Assembly (NCBI GenBank): GCA_964016885.1
Contig: OZ024743.1
Coordinates: forward strand, 334,366,001-334,430,000
Length of the DNA: 64,000 nucleotides
DNA from: Eledone cirrhosa
Lineage: Eukaryota
Direction of reading: 5' to 3'
Made by a program: the position numbers and the translations under genes. Of this stretch, positions 60,255 to 64,000 are shown in pieces (position 1 is the first letter of the stretch; each line of letters begins with the position of its first letter). The notes beneath the pieces were generated by a model. The model was not told the origin of the DNA and did no database searches. It was given only the letters and a program-made list of their open reading frames with translations.

Positions 60255-60338
60255 TTATGTAAACAACATAACAATTAAGCTCTGTTACCTACATAGAGCA
60301 CTCTTTTTTCCTGGACTTTTCCGACGGAATTACTTCAT
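60255..60338 (+). mobile_element. Solo 3' tail of the element 1/3 Penelope family inside (TA)n
   Basis: aagctctgttacctacatagagcactc..ttccgacggaattacttcat is the reverse complement of 17045-17106 and 26903-26965. Confidence 0.8.
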
Positions 60339-60393
60339 ATATATATATATTTATAAATATATATATATTTATATATATATACACATATACACA

Positions 60394-60429
<36 letters not shown>

Positions 60430-60432
60430 ATG

Positions 60433-60505
<73 letters not shown>

Positions 60506-60884
60506 ATATGCAAATACACACACCATATAACAACTACCAGAAATTATTGAGCGATAAGTATAAAAGTATTATTTAATGAAAGGAGATCAAACCTAATTGT
60601 TTGCTAAGAGGTTTTCAGTGATTCCTGACTAATGACATGTTTGAAGACAGTCGACGTAAAGGAAATTCTTTGTGTATTATATTATACTGTTTATGTTAAT
60701 CCCGTTAATAGCCTCTTTAATTCTTGCTTTTTAATGTATTTTCGTTGAAATGAGGTGGAGGATAAGAGTGACAGTCAGTACATTGGGACAAACAGTGCAC
60801 AAGATTTGTAGTTGTTAGCTAGAGAGTATTTATGTTCCCGAAAGTGGGGTTAGATCATTTTTCTTCGTATACTTATATATAGAT

Positions 60885-61620
60885 TAACTGGCAGAGTCGT
60901 TAGAACGTCGGATAGAGCACATTGTGGTATTCGTTCGAGCTATCTGCTCCACGAGTTCAAATCCATTTTCATCCATTCGAGGTTGATCAAAAAGTACCAG
61001 TCTTGTACTGGGGTTGATTCTTCCTCTATATCTCTTTCTCACTTCCTTTCTCTCACTTTCTATCCCTCCCTGGAAGAAATCAGACCCGGAGAGAAATGGG
61101 CTCCGCCTGGTTTAAACATCCATGGAAACGCCGTATGCTACGGTAGCACCCCTACGACTCCATCAGAAGTTACGGAACCAGTACTAGACTGGTACTTTTT
61201 ATCGACCTCGAATAGATTAAAGGCAAAGTTGACTTTGGCGGGATTTGAACTGAAAGAGCAAAAATCCGGAACAAATATTGCAAATGAATATATCCGCTGT
61301 TCTAACGACTCCATACATAACTTAAAACTTTTAACGCATTGCCTGAAGGCTAAGATATTAACAATTAGTTCATGGACGTGAGTTCAACCCACTGATAATA
61401 TTGGGTTTTCATTTTAGGCACAAGGTCAACCATTTTTGGGAGGGGAAAGTCGATTAAATCGACTCCAGTGTATTACTGGTACTTTATTTTATCGACCCCC
61501 TAAGGATGAAATACAAAGCTAACCTCAGCAGGGTTTAAACTCAGATCGTAAAGGGGTGTAACTCTATGGCATAAATCAAGCTGTCCTACGTTCCTCCGAT
61601 ACTGCCAATCCACCGCCATT
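60885..61620. mobile_element. SINE copies (60885-61180 + long form; 61180-61310 -; 61400-61620 -)
   Basis: Conserved core in both orientations. Confidence 0.78.
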
Positions 61621-61806
61621 AAATCCACTGACAATATTGCGTTTTATTTATGATTGAGGCCCTTTGATATGATGTAGGTTCAGCAAATGATTAATATTCT
61701 TCAGAACTATAGTCATACCTTTATATATCGTATAATTGTATCATAGGAGGAAATGGGTAGCCATAAAATACAGAATAGAGCGATATAAATGCTGGAATAT
61801 ACATAC

Positions 61807-61878
61807 AATGTTAACAGATTCTTAAGTCCATTAAACGCTCCATCTTGAATACTTGTTATTTGGTTAGCAGAAAGATTT
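61807..61878 (-). CDS. GRL101/RXFP-like GPCR, LRR exon
   Basis: tttttcag|72 nt|gtatgt. NLSANQITSIQDGAFNGLKNLLTL; phase 2-2. Confidence 0.93.
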
Positions 61879-62069
61879 CTGAAAAATGAGAGAAAAAATA
61901 TATATGAATTAGCTGTGAAGATTTGAATATCAATTACAATAAATATTCTAAACACGAGCTGGTAAATGTTTTGCTGATATAAAATTAACACCTTCAACTC
62001 CATAAATAACATATGGCTTCTGCACGAGGCCGAGGTGTTGACGAATTATCTGAGGATCAATATTTGTGA

Positions 62070-62390
62070 GGCGGTGAATTGGTGGAGTTGTTAGAACGTC
62101 GGATAGAATGCTTTGCGGTATTCGTTTCACTCTCTGGTCTCTAAGTTCAAACCCCACCGAGGTTAACTTTGCCTCGTCGATAACAAGAACGAGTCTAGTA
62201 CTGGGGTCAATTCTACCACTATATCTCTTTCTCACTTCCTCCTTCTCCCTCATTATCCTTCTCTGTAAGAACTCTGCTGTATTCAAACCTGGAAAAGAGA
62301 TGGAGTCAGCCAGGTTTTAAAATGTCTAAGAAACGCAGTGTGTTAATATGGCGCTCCTACAACTCCTTCATGTGGTATGGGACCACTGTC
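62070..62390 (+). mobile_element. SINE, long composite form
   Basis: ggcggtgaattgg head, gttcaaacccc, gaggttaactttgcc core and tctgctgtattcaaacctgg module. Confidence 0.78.
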
Positions 62391-62789
62391 TACCTACATT
62401 TGTGGAGGTAGGAGAGTCAATTTTCCTGCGAGTTGGATTGGCTGATCCAGTGCGTTTCTCTCTCCATCCTCGCCGGAACCAGGAGGTTGACTAACCCTTA
62501 AACAGTGAGTAGTAAACACACATACAGACAAAAACACACACACATACATACAGACAAACACAGACAAACACAGACAAACAGACACACATACAGACAAAAA
62601 CACACACACACACTCACTCATACTCTTAGAGTAAACAGCTATAAAATTAAATTACGCGCCGAGGTTCAAATGCAGTTTATGTAGGAGGAATATAATGTTT
62701 GCAAACATTTATAGTCTAAATTTCTTATAAAAAAAAATAAAAAAATGTCGAATGCTCTGTAGTGTGATCAGCAATGAGATTAACAGTCT

Positions 62790-63070
62790 AAAGTATGTCT
62801 CGCACACAGAGGCTCATCAGGCCAGGGCTTATCCCAGTTTCCGTGGCATGAAGCGACTGACAAATATAAGACCCCTCCTGGACAGGATACCAGTCTATGA
62901 CAGAATTAAACCCCCAGCTATTGCTGGTACTCATTTTCAGCTGAGTATAATGGACCAATGTGAAATGAAGTGTTTGGCTCGAGACTACGACACACAACCT
63001 AGTTCAGGAATTGAACGCACGATATTATGATGGTTAAGCCCAACACAATTACCACTAGGCCACGCGCCTC
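62790..63070 (-). mobile_element. tRNA-derived SINE, family 2-related
   Basis: ctggtactcattttcagctgagt..gtgaaatgaagtg..accactaggccacgcgcct in reverse. Confidence 0.65.
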
Positions 63071-63519
63071 ATCGGGTAATGCGACTACTTTCCTTAATTC
63101 GATAAATATACGGTTCGAATAATCAATGGAAATATGCGATTGATTGGATTCATGTAAGAAGAGGGGGAAGAAGTGGACAGAATGACACAAGGAGAGCAAA
63201 AGAAACATCTTTCTTGGACTTTCTCGGTTTCGTTCCTCTCTTTAACCCATCTTTCTTCTTCCCTTCCCCTTCATCCTTTGCTATATATTTTATATCTATT
63301 TCCCGGCTCCGTGAAGGTGTGCGGCTCTGTGGTTAGGGAATTTGGCTCAATTGGTATATGAATCTGATCAAAGTTTGTTCTCATATTTTGGTGTCCCACC
63401 TTCTTCACTTTGTGTTTACTCTTCAGGAAAATATATTAACTTTTCGCACCATGGAGTACTTTGTGACTGCCTCAAACAATTCAATTGGTACCTAATATTA
63501 TATATATATTATATTTAAT

Positions 63520-63630
63520 ATAGTGATGGCTTCTACAGGACTAGAACTGTTTCATTCGTACGAAGTACACTCCACTAATGTATTGAGTACCTTTTAACTG
63601 TGGGCACCATCTTTTAACACGGGATCTACA
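63520..63630. mobile_element. Miniature inverted Penelope-type insertion (family of 49375-49510)
   Basis: Inverted half-hammerhead arm ggcttctacaggactagaactgtttcattcg joined to tail tacactccactaatgtattgagtacc. Confidence 0.6.
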
Positions 63631-63663
63631 CACGCAAACACACAAACACACAAACACACACAC

Positions 63664-63764
<101 letters not shown>

Positions 63765-63830
63765 CGAAAAATGAAACATTGTTCGTCGGAATACAGGTTG
63801 CAAATCACTGAAATAGATCCAAATACTTAC

Positions 63831-63902
63831 AGAAATCGAAGTTTTCGTAATCCATTGAAAACGTTCTTTTCGATAAATGTCAAACGCTGTTTACTGAGAT
63901 CA
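63831..63902 (-). CDS. GRL101/RXFP-like GPCR, LRR exon
   Basis: tcttccag|72 nt|gtaagt. DLSKQRLTFIEKNVFNGLRKLRFL; phase 2-2. Confidence 0.92.
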
Positions 63903-64000
63903 CTGGAAGATAGAGAAGAAAGAGTCAGCTGCATCATGACAAATATTAGAACTCAAATAGATGAACAGGTGTCACCGCTCAACATTTTTTATTTCAATTT

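Overview
AT-rich, microsatellite-dense animal genomic DNA. The repeat content (tRNA-derived MetaSINE/MESC-type SINEs, Penelope-like elements in (TA)n tracts) and the gene point to a cephalopod, probably Octopus (inference). The only host gene I can support is a minus-strand LRR-containing GPCR of the GRL101/RXFP (LGR type C) class. Three 72-nt LRR exons and a 199-nt hinge+TM1 exon splice in frame. No TM2-7 exon was found in the remaining 47 kb. The rest is repeat: a 4.4-kb 28-bp satellite with a 1.9-kb higher-order period that appears to grow out of a SINE, at least four Penelope-like RT/GIY-YIG remnants (partly nested), RTE and CR1-group LINE fragments, about 30 SINEs and small MITEs. The main signal is about 18 well-formed type I hammerhead ribozyme motifs from roughly nine sequence families, plus degenerate copies. 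Most sit in short, usually non-coding fold-back insertions inside (TA)n tracts, with a recurring geometry of one tailed and one untailed arm. Nearly all ORFs in the supplied track are simple-repeat artefacts. Everything was read by eye. Exon and ribozyme coordinates were counted carefully; repeat boundaries are approximate.
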